This document shows positions 39,270 to 55,849 of a DNA stretch of 64,000 nt, piece after piece (the first letter of the stretch is position 1; every line of letters starts with the position of its first letter). Under the pieces are notes generated by a model, which worked only from the letters and a program-made list of their open reading frames with translations, was not told where the DNA came from and searched no databases. Location of the stretch: NCBI RefSeq assembly GCF_009914755.1, contig NC_060929.1; one strand, written 5' to 3'. The DNA comes from the human T2T-CHM13v2.0 reference genome, Homo sapiens. The position numbers and the translations under genes were made by a program.

Positions 39270-40158
39270 GTAAGCTTGTTTAAATGAATCAGTGGGGCTC
39301 AGGGATAGGTTTCTCCTACACAACACAAAAAAGGTTCTAAAACTGAAAGGTAAAAGTCAGAATTTGCATTCTGAAGATTAATTTAAAGACAGGACTACTG
39401 CTCATGGAGAGAAGCAGTAGTTCTAATTTCTTTGAGGTGAATGACCTCTTTGAAAATGTAATGAGACCCACTAAACATTTTTCAAAAAAATTGTTGTGTG
39501 AACATTTTATAAACCTCTGGAAGTCTGTCATTGCTCCCAGGTTAAGAATATAAAATTATTAAATCGTTGGATGTTAATTGCCATTTCAGATCCTAGAGGT
39601 CCTTGAGGTCTGTTAATATCTATAATATCTAATGATTCTATCATTAATAAATCTGAAAAGCAATATTGACTGAAAAAAGCAAGAGATATACATAGTGTGG
39701 TACCACTTAGGTAAATTTAAATACAAAATATTACTATTTATTGATAGATGCATATGTAATGTTGCTTATTGGCATTTTTTTGAAATGCTCTGTAAGGAAA
39801 CACTCATTCTTAAGAGAGTAGTCACCTAATGGTGAGCGGGGTAGAGAGTAGAGACACGGGTTGATGGTCATAGAAGACTGTTGCATCATCTCTGGTGTTT
39901 TATTTTATGAAAAACAATAGCAAAACGACATCAGTATAACAGAATGTTCTGAATATTAGGAAGATAAGTTTTTGTTTGCATGTTGTTTATTTTTCTGAAT
40001 TTTCATCTCTGAAAATTTTAATTTTTTAAAACAGAGCTATTAATTTTTTCTTTCAGTTTAATAACCCCCTCAGTTTAATTAAACTGTCATTAAATTTACT
40101 TAAAAATAATGAAATCGTCAGACAAACTGACAGCTTGTTTGATTTTTTTTTTTTTTGA

Positions 40159-40365
<207 letters not shown>

Positions 40366-40757
40366 TGATCCACCCACCTCGGCCTCCCAAAGTGCTGGGA
40401 TTACAGGCATAAGCCACTGCCCCCGGCCTGATTTTTTTAAAATAGAGAGACAAGGGTCTCACTGTGTTGCCCAGGCTAGTCTCAAACTCAAGCAATCTTC
40501 CCATCTTGGGGAGATCCCAAAATGCTGAGATTACAGGCGTTTGCCACCATGCCCAGCCTGCATGTTTGAACTTTTATTTTTAAAGACAAGGTCTCACTCT
40601 GTCATCGAGGTTGAGTGCAGTGGCACGATTATGGCACACTGCAGTCTTTTTTCTTTTTTTTTTTTTTCTGAGACAGAGTTTTGCTCTTGTTGCCCAGGCT
40701 GCAGTGCAATGGCGTGATCTTGGCTCACCGCAACCTCCGCCTCCCGGGTTCAAGTGA

Positions 40758-41030
<273 letters not shown>

Positions 41031-41939
41031 TGATTTTTTATTTTTTCTAGAGATGGGGTTTTGCTATGTTTCCTAAGCCAGTCTCAAACTCGTGGACACA
41101 AGTGATCCTCCTGCCTCAGCCTCCCAAAGAGCTGAGATTACAGACATGACCCACTGGGCTCAGCCTAAAATAGATTGTTTTTTATATACTAAAACCCATC
41201 AGGATTGGTAGGTATTGCTAGATGCTTCAGGTTGTGACTAAGGAGTGACATCATATTCTGATATGTTTTTTCTCCTTAACATTTTCCTATATTATATCTC
41301 AAAAGACCAAAAACAAACAAAAACTTGTAATTAACTAGTAGATAAAATAGGGGTAGAAGTTGTGGTGAGAACATGTCACTTCCTATTTCCAGTAAGACCC
41401 AAGTAAGATAGTAAAAAGAAAGCAGAGCTGAGGAACTTGGTCTGTTGGGGGTGAAGGTAGCTGGTTGTAGGTGTGCAGAGCAGGAATGCATGTAAGTGTA
41501 GATCATCTGATCTTACCCATCGGATCGCTTGTAACTTGATGATACTGTTTTTTTGTTGTAAGACTGAGAAAACCCTGTATTTCAGTGTCTTAAGATACAG
41601 TGATATTCTGACTCTGTTTCTACCTGAGGTATATTTGGATACATACTCCTTAGATCTTCAAGCTGATTACTAGGACCAAACCAAAATTTTTGTTTCATAC
41701 TTAGTGTTTTGCCTTTTGATTTTATTCATTTAAATATTTTCAGCATTATTCTCACTCTCAGTACATTTCCCCCGACTTGAGCTAGTCAGTGTCTTCAGTC
41801 ATTTGATTTTTGATTTTTTAAAAAAGTTATTTTCCATTTTCTTGATGTGATAGTTTCTTACACTTTGTGATATTCAATTTGATGACTTTTTATGTCTTAT
41901 TTCTCAGATTATACACTAAGCCTAACTTCTGGTTCCTAG

Positions 41940-42073
41940 GTAAGTCAGTAATGTTGTATGCAGCAGAAATGATACCTAAACTAAAAACAAGGACACAAAA
42001 AACAGGAGGTGCTGACCAAAGTCTTCAACAAGGAGAGGGAAGTAAAAAAGGGAAAGGAAAGAAAAAGAAGTAA
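41940..42073 (+). CDS. SRP19: SRP19 exon 5 coding part
   Basis: ttcctag|GTAAGTCA...AAGTAA; (R)KSVMLYAAEMIPKLKTRTQKTGGADQSLQQGEGSKKGKGKKKK*; five exons total 435 nt = 144 aa. Confidence 0.96.
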
Positions 42074-42392
42074 CCTAGTATCAGCATCAAGTATGTGGTA
42101 CTACTGTAAGAGACATGAATGGAGACTTCTAATTTGTATCGGAGGGAAACAGAAGCTTTTTGTTTGCATCATTTAACTGAACTGTGAACCCTTGTGCCTC
42201 TCATCTTTATCATCGGAGTTGACAGTGAAACAAATTTACATCAGAAGTTTGCATCTCGCGTATATGCCGTATAAAAGAATTTTTTTGTCTTTCAATGCAG
42301 TTTTTTGGAAGAAAATATTTTTAAATGGACAATGGACTGTACAATAAGTTACTTGAAATAAGTTGTTTCAGATAAATTTCAATTAGATTTAA

Positions 42393-42501
42393 AATAAACA
42401 TTATGTCCACCTTTTAAGTTAATGAAATAAAATTTGAAACTGACTTTTGCAGCTTTTGCTTATATACTAATGCTAGGAGAGGAGGGATAATTAAGAATAA
42501 A
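42393..42501 (+). terminator. SRP19: SRP19 proximal polyadenylation signal cluster
   Basis: AATAAA at 42393, 42426 and 42496, 320-430 nt after the stop. Confidence 0.7.
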
Positions 42502-42955
42502 ATATGTAGTGAAAGTTTCCATAGTGTGAGGCTAAAACTAGAAGAAACTGTGGTAGGTCCTTTTGTGGGTGGGGGACAGGGGAGTCTGTAAAAAGCCAGT
42601 CTGTAGATGATATTTTAATATATTATTGTAATCGAATCGTTCAGTTGTTTTTTGACATGGAAAGTCCTGGATTTTAAGCTTTAAATTTGCTTATTTTGTA
42701 GGTTTAAGAACATGATTTTCATGGGAGTTGTAAAATTAACTGTGCTTTAGCACCTTGAGGTACACTTTCCTTCAACAAATGAAATTGGATTGGTGCTCCA
42801 GAATTTCAGAGCGGTTTCTGAAAGTAGTGATTTTGAGCTATCCCAATTCCTGTTCTTCCTGAGGCCTGGTTTAGCTCTTCCTTGAATTCTGCAAGCTATC
42901 TCATATTTTCAGTAAATTCCATTTTTTTTAAGTTTGTTTGTTTGTTTGTTTTTGA

Positions 42956-43114
<159 letters not shown>

Positions 43115-44007
43115 TAGTAGAGACAGGGTTTTTCCATGTTGGTCAGGCTGGTCTCGAACTCCCGACCTCAGGTGATCTGCCCACCTCAGCCTCCCAAAGT
43201 GCTGGGATTACAGGCATGAGCCACCGTGCCCGGCCTTCTTTACATTTTTATTGCTCACAGTCAAACATTCCTATTGATTGTAAAATAAGCAAACCTAGAG
43301 TTGTGGAGATTTATATGTATTTATTTATTTGAATTGAGACAGGGTCTTAAACTCCCAGGCTCAAGTGATCCTCCTGCCTCAACCTCCCAAAGTGCTGGGA
43401 TTACAGGCATGAGCTAGCTGGCCTGTTGACTTTTTTTTTTTAACTCTAACAATTTCTGTTTTATAGTGAACATAATAGTATAAGACTTAGTTTATATATT
43501 TGACTTACAAATAAATCCTGGGGAGAGGGGAGTATGTGTAAAACATAATTCAGAGCAGCCTTCTTTGAGAAAGTGGGTGTGTTTGGCTGTGTAACAAAAC
43601 AATAAGGGGATGTGTTTGCTGTGTAACAAAACAATGAAGGATTTAAGCAGGATATTTTTGCCTCATATGTTAAATCCAAGTGAGGTTGCTGTGGTGGTTG
43701 GTTTAGCTCTCAGTGATGCCTTTTTTGTATTTTTACGCTCTGCTGTCCATGACATATTTCTAACACCTTTATGATTATTGTTCCTGCTTGTAAAAGGGCT
43801 GATATTTACATGAGTGCAAGGCAGGAAGAAAAGGTAGCTGTGCCAGCCACTTCTGGCAAGCAGTTCTCCCACCTTAGCCTCCCAAGTAGCTGAGACCATA
43901 GGCATGAGATTTCTCAAAATTCCTCCCAGCAGGCTTTCACTTAGTTTCATTGTTGAGAACTGTGACAGGTCCATCTCTAGCTGCAAAGGAGGCTGAGAAA
44001 GTGAACA

Positions 44008-44676
44008 CAGCAGTCCTCCTTATCCTTGGGGAATACATTCCAAGACTGGATCCCTGAAACAGCAGATAGTACTGAACCCTATATATACTATGTTTTTGCC
44101 TATGTATATATACTTGATATGGTTTGGCTGCTACCCCACCCAAAATCTCATCTTGAATTATAATCCCCAAATCCCTATGTGTTAAGGGTGGGACCAGGTG
44201 GAGATAATTGGATCATGGGGGCAATTTCCCCTGTGCTGTTCTTGAGATAATGAGTGACTCTCAGGAGATCTGTTGGTTTTATAAGTGCCTGGCGTTTCCC
44301 CTGCTTGCAGTCACTCCATCTTGCTGCCCTGTGAAGGTGCCTGCTTCTCCTTGCCTTCTGCCATGATTGTAAGTTTCCTGAGGCCTTCCCAGCAATGCGG
44401 AACTGTGAGTCAGTTAAACCTGTTTCCTTTATAATTAATCAGTTTTGGATATTTCTTCATAGCAGTGTGAGAATGGATTAATACATACCTATGATAAAGT
44501 TTATAAATTGGACACAGTAACAGATTAACAATAAAATAGAACAATTATAATAATATACTATAATAAAATGTATGTGGAAATTGTCAGTCTCTCTCAAAAT
44601 ATTGTGCTATACTCACCTGTTTTGGGACCAAGGTAACTGAAACCACAGAAGTGAAACCACAGATGAGGGATGACTG
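44008..44676. mobile_element. MER44A (Tigger7-derived) element split by a THE1D/MST-like LTR
   Basis: CAGCAGTCCTCCTTATCC...GATGAGGGATGACTG termini; MER44 sequence resumes at 44486 after the LTR. Confidence 0.75.
44115..44485. mobile_element. THE1D/MSTA-like MaLR solo LTR
   Basis: TGATATGGTTTGGCTG...GGATTAATACA termini; typical ccatgattgtaagtttcctgaggcc core. Confidence 0.85.
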
Positions 44677-45112
44677 CATAGCTTTTTCAGTCCTGACAGC
44701 CAAGGCAGCTAAGGAAGAAAGTAGTTGAGAATGCATACTGGGTCAGGTACAGTGGCTCACACCTATAATCGCGGCACATTGGGAGGCTGAGGCAGGAGGA
44801 TCACTGAAGTCCAGGAAGTCGGGACCAACCTGGGCAACATAGTGAGACTGTCTCTACAAAAAAAAGAATTAGCTGGGCATGGTGGCACATGCCTATAGTC
44901 TTAGCTACTTGGGAGGCTGAGGTGGGAGGACTGCTTGAGCCCTGGAGGTGAGGCTGCAGTGAGCCGTGATCATGCTATTCCACTCACCTCAGCAGAGCTG
45001 GACCCTGTCTCAAAAAAAAAAACGTACTGTGGTAGCCAACTGAAAAGATTTGTCACAGAAAGATGGTTGAAATCTGGAAATGGTTTACTTTTGGGGCAAT
45101 AAGGATTGTCAG

Positions 45113-45710
<598 letters not shown>

Positions 45711-46855
45711 TTTCAGAACTATTGCTGTAACAATATATTGCTGTTTCTTCACATTATTGCAATTGGTGCAATCAGTGAATTTTTTTTTTTTTTTTTTTTT
45801 TTTTTTGCCAGTTGTTAAGTGAAAACTGTAATCTTTTTAAAACAGCCCAAAAAATGTTTTTTTGAGACAGGTCTCTCTTTTTCACCCAGGCTAAAGTGCA
45901 GTGGCACAATCACGGCTCAGTGCAGCCTCAACCTCCCAGCCTCAAGTGATCCTCCCATCTCAGCCTCCTGAGTATAAAAGTTTGTAATTAAAAAAATTTT
46001 TTTTTAGAGGCCAGGTGTGGTGTGGCTCATGCCTGTAATCTCAGCACTTTGGGAGGCTGAGGCGGGCAGATGACTTGCAGTCAGGAGTTCGAGACCAGCC
46101 TGGCCAACATGGTGAAACCCTATCTCTACTAAAAATAACAAAAACTAGCCAGGCGTGGTGGTGGGCGCCTGTAATCCCAGCTACTCGGGAGGCTGAGGCA
46201 GGAGAATCACTTGAACCGTGGGAAATGGAGGTTGCAGTGAGCCAAAATTGTGCCACTGCACTCCAGCCTGGGTGACAGAGTGAAACTCCGTCTCAAAAAA
46301 AATTTTTTTAAGAGATGAGATCTCACTCAGGCTGTTCTTATACTCCTGGGCTCAAGCAATTCTCTCAAGTGGTTGGGACTAGAGGTACATGGCACCACAC
46401 CTAGCTGAAAAAGGGAATCTTAATGAGACAGTTGAGTATTTATGTAGATGTTGAAGTGCTTTTCGTATTTATGAACTGAGTTCGCATCCTCTACTCACTT
46501 CTTAAGGAATCTGTTATCAGAATTATATATAATTTTAAAAGCCAGCTAGTTTTAATAGTGTGTTTCTGTTTTAGGCATTAACTTCCATTTGTAGAAGAAG
46601 AGGATTTAGTTTTTCTTCTCTACCATATGCTTGCATATTTCCTATCTTCCTAGCCTACCAATATATTTCATAATTTAACCACTATTCAGAGTTTACATTA
46701 TACATTCTGTTCACAGCTCAGCCGTGTAGTACATTTGCTACTAAAAGTATGGTTGAAGGACCAGCAGCACTGGCCTCTGGTGAAAGATTGTGAAAAATGC
46801 AGTATCTCTGGCCCCAGCCCAGAATTCAGATGTGTTTAATGAGATCCCCAAATGA

Positions 46856-47104
<249 letters not shown>

Positions 47105-47781
47105 TGATCCGCACACCTTGGCCTCCCAAAGTGCTGGGATTAGGTGTGAGCCATTGTGCCCGGCCTCATCATTTTAAAATCTTTTCTGTAGTCCTTTGCC
47201 TGGCTCTGATCTCTTACCCTTTAGACCTAGTGCACAACTTCACTCTGGGTTCTCACCATTGTCTGGAGTGACTCAAGCCACTGCTTTGCTGTTTTGGGGA
47301 TATCTGTTGTGTATCCCGTGTATTCCTCTTTTTTATGTTACTGCTTTGTTTTGTATATCTTGTTCTCAGGATCTTCCCCAGAAAAGTGCAAGAGAGGTAA
47401 ATGTTCTTAGACCTTGCATATTTGAAAATTTCATCATTCTACCCTTACATTGTTTGGCTGGATATAGAATTACCTTTGGAGTCATTTTGTTTAAGGAATT
47501 CAAGGGAATTGCTTTTTGGTCTTCTGACCTCTTGTAGCTGAAGGGAAGTTGTAGCCATTCTAGTTTATTATCATGATCCTGGTTCCAGTATTCTGAAATA
47601 TAACAGTTGTGTGCTTTGTGTGGGTCTTTTTTTTTTTTTTTTGCCCATCGTGCTGGGCAGCTAAGTGGGTTTTCAGTCTGGGAATTTGTGTTTTCAGCTC
47701 TGGGAAAGTTTTTTGAAAATTTCATTGATAATTTTTCTCCTCTTTCTGACCTTTCTTGGTACTCTTTTATTTGACTATTAG

Positions 47782-48192
<411 letters not shown>

Positions 48193-48591
48193 TAACTTCT
48201 TTAAGCTCTTGTCATCTGCATGTTCCCTTTTTCTAGCATTCTATTCTCAGTTCATGGATGTAATTTATTTCTCAGAAGGTGAGATTTATAGTCTTATTGT
48301 TTCCAAGTTCCTTTTTTTTCTTTCTGTTTTTATTTTGATCCCTATCATGTTAAGTAGCTTTGTTTCGGTTGCTGGTTTTTAAGATAGAAGGACCAAAAGG
48401 TTGATTATAAGTTGAGATCTGGCCTGGGTGCTGTGGCTCACACCTGTAATCTCAGCACTTTGGGAGGCTGAGGCAAGAAGATCACTTGAACCCAGGACTT
48501 CAAGACCAGCCTGGGCAACATAGGGAGACTCCCTCTCTACAAAAAAAAATAAAAAATTAGATGTGCCTGGTGGCACATACCTGTAGTTCTA

Positions 48592-48852
<261 letters not shown>

Positions 48853-48964
48853 TCATTACTAGTTTCTACCAGTGGGTCTCAACCCTGGCTCCATACTAGG
48901 ATCCATACTAGTATCATTACTAGTCTCTACCAGTGGGTCTCAACCCTGGCTCCATACTAGGATC
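48853..48964 (+). repeat. 51-bp direct duplication with a 10-nt spacer
   Basis: tcattactagt.tctaccagtgggtctcaaccctggctccatactaggatc at 48853 and 48914. Confidence 0.95.
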
Positions 48965-49310
48965 ACCTACAGAGTTGTTAAAGCATACTGGCACCTGGGT
49001 ACCATGGTAGACTAATTAAATCAGCACTTTGTTAGTGGAGGCAGAGATCAATATTTTTGAAAAGGTCCTCAGATGATTCCATTGTGCAGCCAGGTCCGAA
49101 AACCTCTGTGTATTAAGATACAAAGATAGCATTTACCTAACCCAGTGGTTTTATCTCAAAGTGCAGTTCCTGGACCCAACATTGCCTGGGCTGTTTAATA
49201 ATGAAGAACTTTCAGCCCCACCCCAGACTTCCTGAATCAGAATCTGAGAGGACAGTATTCTTTTTTAACAACACTCCTCTCCATCCCCATCCTCCATCAG
49301 TTCTGATGTG
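48870..49310. mobile_element. MER5A/B hAT elements
   Basis: cagtgggtctcaaccctggc; ccccaccccagacttcctgaatcagaatctg; similar MER5 fragments at ~21290-21450 and ~46750-46855. Confidence 0.65.
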
Positions 49311-49363
49311 CGCCAATTTTTTTTTTTTTTTTGAGACGGAGTTTCGCTCGTCTCCCAGGCTAG

Positions 49364-49720
<357 letters not shown>

Positions 49721-50940
49721 TAATATCCTCAAATATGTTTACTTTCCAGCCATGCTATATAGAACTGTAATCTTTGATGGGTAAAGATCTGAATTGTACC
49801 TGTGTTACTCTAAACACCATAATTCTAGACATGCAGACATCAAAAAGCAGATGTAGGTGACCGTGCGGACCAGCGCATACCTTCAGAAGTACGTTTTGTT
49901 TTTGTTTTTGGTTTTTTTTTTTTTGAGACAGGGTCTGGCCCTGTCGCCCAGGCTGGAGTGCACTGGCACCGTCTTGGCTCACTGCAGCCTTGACCTCCCA
50001 GGCTCAAGTCCTCCCACCTCAGCCTCCTGAGGAGCTGGGACTACAGGTACGTTCCACCACACCTAGCTAATTTTTTGGTATTTTTTGTAGAGGCAGGGTC
50101 TCACCATGTGGCCCAGGCTAGTCTTGAACTCATGCACTCAAGCAATCCGCCCACCTCGGCTTCCCAAAGTGCTGGGATTACAGGTCCGCTAGGCCAGAAG
50201 TGGGTATTTTTATCAAAATTCTCAAGTACTCCTTTTCTTGATCTCTTCTGAAAACAAGTACAGCATAATTTGGAGGCACATGTAAAAAGTTTACTACATC
50301 AAAGCCAGGCGCGGTGGCTCATGCCTGTAATCCCAGCTCTTTGGGAGGCCGAGGCGGGTGGATCATGAGGTCAGGAGATCGAGACCATCCTGGCTAACAT
50401 GGTGAAACCCCGTCTCTACTAAAAAATACAAAACAGTAGCCAGGCGTGGCAGCGGGTGCGTGTAGTCCCAGCTACTCGGGAGGCTGAGGCAGGAGAATGG
50501 CATGAACCCGGGAGGCGGCTGAGATTGCGCCACTGCACTCCAGCCTGGGTGACAGAGCAAGACTCCATCTCAAAAAAAAAAAAAAGTTTATTACATCAAG
50601 ATGCATGCAATACACTATCTTAAGTCACAGGAGACTTCTTTGTGTGTAATGCAATACACAGGTTAAAAAAAAACAGTGGATTCGGTTTCCTTTAAATGTA
50701 GTGCTAATTATTGGTAGAAACTTTTTGAGTTGGTATGTTTTCTTTAGGACAAGTCTTTTCCTCTGGTAGGCAAGAACCACCAGGAGAAAACTACAAGCCA
50801 TGTGAGGAATAGAGTTAATAAAGAGCAGTGTTCATGGCTCATTTATCTGTATTTACTTAAAACTTTCCTTAAATAATTCTGGGTTAGGAAAAAAGCCCCA
50901 CAAAATAAAATGAAATATAACAGTTAAATGAGAACTCAAT

Positions 50941-50960
50941 TTTATTTACATCTATTTATT
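50941..50960 (-). terminator. REEP5: REEP5 distal polyadenylation signals
   Basis: TTTATT on + at 50941-50946 and 50955-50960 (AATAAA on -), at the end of a long stretch free of interspersed repeats. Confidence 0.7.
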
Positions 50961-52515
50961 TCCATTCAGTGTATCACATCTTCAGGATAGGTAATAACAG
51001 TGTGAAGGGTGTGCTCATTTTCTTCAGCTGTGAGTAGAGGAGTCTTCCCGAGAGTAGCAGTTGTTGATCCAAATGATTGAAGCCTTCAGGTAAGGGAATA
51101 ACTGCTGCAGGAATTCTTTCTTGAAGAATTTAAGCTGTTTGGTAGGAATTCTGTAACTACATACCTTTGAAACACTATTCACATTCAAATAAACGCTTGT
51201 TTTCTAGCCAGGCACAGGCTCAATTAGTTTTTCAAACTCTAGCCAAGGCAGTATTTCATTTGGGAAATCATGCAACAGAACTGCTCAATTCTTAACTTCT
51301 CCTGCTGTTAACATTTACACTTAGACTGCCAGCAACAGTTAACTTAAATTTTGGTCTCAAGGGAACAAAAAAAAATTGCATTCAGAATTTAATATAGTAT
51401 TTTAAAACTAATTTTAGCCTGTAAGTCATTATGAGCAATAGTAACTTTTATACCTCCTCATCTTGTCTGATAATATATTCTATATGCTGTCAATCTGATT
51501 ATATAGTCTATATGCTAGAAGTTGCTGATTTTCATTCTGCCACCAAGAAAACTGTACTTTTATTTATGGGAAAAGGATTTAAATACTCCTAGATACTTAA
51601 AATTTTTTTAATCTAAAAGTTGATTTTCTCCCAAGAACAATTTTGTTTGCTTTCTACAAAGTTTTAAGTTTAATAAAATGCCGGTAATCACCACTGTTTT
51701 CCTCCCCAAAATAAATGCTCTGATCCATATTATATTAGAGTGATACTGTCACTTAGTATTGATATCTTTAATATTTTTTACATCATGAGACATTGTTATG
51801 ATCTTACCTGATTGTTATCTCAAGGTGAGCTAATCATCTTTATTTGCCTTAAAAAATACTGTACTGGCTGGATATTTAATCTTGTTAGTTTAGTTATACA
51901 CTTGTTTTAGTCTAGTTTAATTCAAAAGGACTCTTAACAGTATGGTGTAAAACTCAGATTTTCTAGTCCAGACAAATTGCTCTCTATAACGATTTGGCAG
52001 ATCAATGGAGACATCCGTTTTAACTTTACTGTTCTGTACTTACTATGTAGTCATGTGCAGCTTATCAACACAAAGAATACGGATGAGGGCATTTAAATGG
52101 ACTACAAGTGACTCTGACTTGTAAACTAGGGAAGCCTCTTGTGTTTGACCTTAAAGGCCAGAGAAAAACTGAAGATAGATTGACTTAACTATTGCCAAGC
52201 AGATTATGGGTTACTTTATACTTCCTTTCATTCTCCCAGAATTGCTCTTAGAGCTAGGTGTCGTCATTAGCATGTTGTTGCTAATGATACAAACAAGAAC
52301 ATACATGTAATCAGAGGTGGACAAATCTTCAGAAGTTCCTTAAACTGGTTTAAAAAAGAAGATTGGGAAAGAAGACTAAATCAACATGTTTCTCCGCTTT
52401 GAAGATAAAACCAGAAATGGTTTCCATTGTAGCATCTTGACAATAGACAAATATGTAAAGTTTATAGCAGATAAGACAGTATTACTAGTTTTTCAGGGAA
52501 TTGAGAGTTACAGGT

Positions 52516-52520
<5 letters not shown>

Positions 52521-52549
<29 letters not shown>
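52521..52549. repeat. (TG)14 microsatellite = marker D5S346
   Basis: Flanks AGCAGATAAGACAGTATTACTAGTT (52466-52490) and CGATTTATCACTAGAGTGAGT (52558-52578) match recalled D5S346 primers; 113-bp amplicon. Confidence 0.9.
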
Positions 52550-52554
<5 letters not shown>

Positions 52555-53308
52555 TCCCGATTTATCACTAGAGTGAGTAACTAACTAACTGCTTTATAAA
52601 GCTATCCTGGTATTCATATGCCATATACTAGGGAAACAACCAGGCCAATCTCCATTCGATTTCATTTCTCACTTTGTTCACTTGCATATTAATCACGTAT
52701 TTCCTAAAGTATTATTTAGTAGACCACACCAGCACAATGGTTCCTCCAGCTTTTGGCAGGTGGTCTTACTGTACAGAAGTTATAAATGACACATACAACC
52801 TTCCCCTGCTCCCTCCCCATGAGCATGATGCATGTTGTAGTCAGACAGTAACATTTCCATATGTACATGTGCACAAATACATTAAAAACATTTCAGAATT
52901 ATATAAAATTGTACATTATAGGAAGTAGAACCATAAAGATTATCCTAAATGTAACTACAGAGAAAATGCGTGCAGGGAGAGCCCAGTAAAGTACACAGCC
53001 TGTGGGGTATATAATTTTATTTTAAGTTTATATTTCCTGCAGGATAGCAACATACATCTTTTCCTACCCAGAGGCAAAATACATTTTCCAAAAACGTGGA
53101 CACTGCCCACTGCATTAAGTTTAAAGTGCTCCCTATATATATAGACAGTAAAAGTAAGCAAAGAAACTTACAACACATTCCAATCTTTAATATCTCAAAA
53201 ATGTTTCCAAGGCAACATTATTAAAATAATTATACCACAGTCCCTAATATAACATCAAGCTCCAGTAGGAAGGTACAGAGAGGGCAGGAAGTTTCCATCC
53301 AGTCTGGT

Positions 53309-53358
53309 TTAGGTGCTCTTCTTTTCTTCACCCAGTAAATTCACGGTAGCTTTCTTCG
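53309..53358 (-). CDS. REEP5: REEP5 last exon, coding part
   Basis: On -: aaacaaacag|CGAAGAAAGCT...ACCTAA; (A)KKATVNLLGEEKKST*; 50 nt; phase matches exon at 61537-61705. Confidence 0.96.
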
Positions 53359-53823
53359 CTGTTTGTTTGTTAGGAGGGAAAGAAAAATATATCAAAGCTC
53401 TTTCTTTGGAATGCAAGCTTGCAAGCTTTGTGCCTAATGTAGCTACTAGATAACAAAACTTGGATGACTCATGTTCAGGTGCGATCATGTTGGGGTTTGT
53501 GGTCTGGGCTAAGAGGGTTTCCAGGAAATGGAGAAGGTACCTCTTAGAGCACAAATCCTAAATACTTGAGCAAAATACTTGAAGGTCATCTAGCCTAGCC
53601 CCTTGTTGTGACAGTGTCACCGAAACTGTCTGCCCTCTATTCTCCTTTAAGCATTGAAAGAAGCAGAGATTCCTTAAGAGTAGTGTTCAAATTCTATTTG
53701 TATCTGTGTGCTTGCCTGTAAGATTTCACTTATCAATATATTATCAATCTGATGACAACTAGGTCATCATATTTATCCCATGGCGACAAATCAGAGAAGT
53801 CCTCATTCCCAGCACTAGAAATA

Positions 53824-54560
<737 letters not shown>

Positions 54561-54653
54561 TTGTGCCACCATTCTCTCCTATGATGAGAAGAGTTTGCTC
54601 TAAGTCTTTGAGTTGGTGACAAGACACTACATTCATCAAGAAAACATTCTGTC

Positions 54654-55712
<1,059 letters not shown>

Positions 55713-55849
55713 TTAAAAAATACCTAAAACATATTCAAGTAGACTGGATTTGTATGCCCAAAAATAGGAGTCCAGAGAAGAGAGGTCTGTGAGGGAGAAA
55801 TGGGGAACATACCACTTCTGGGGCATCAGTGCTGCTGGAGAACTGTCTT

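Larger units (their letters stand above)
50920..53308 (-). other. REEP5: REEP5 3'UTR
   Basis: Sequence between the stop codon (53309-53311) and the distal AATAAA signals; further minus-strand AATAAA at 53016, 51839 and 51559. Confidence 0.8.
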
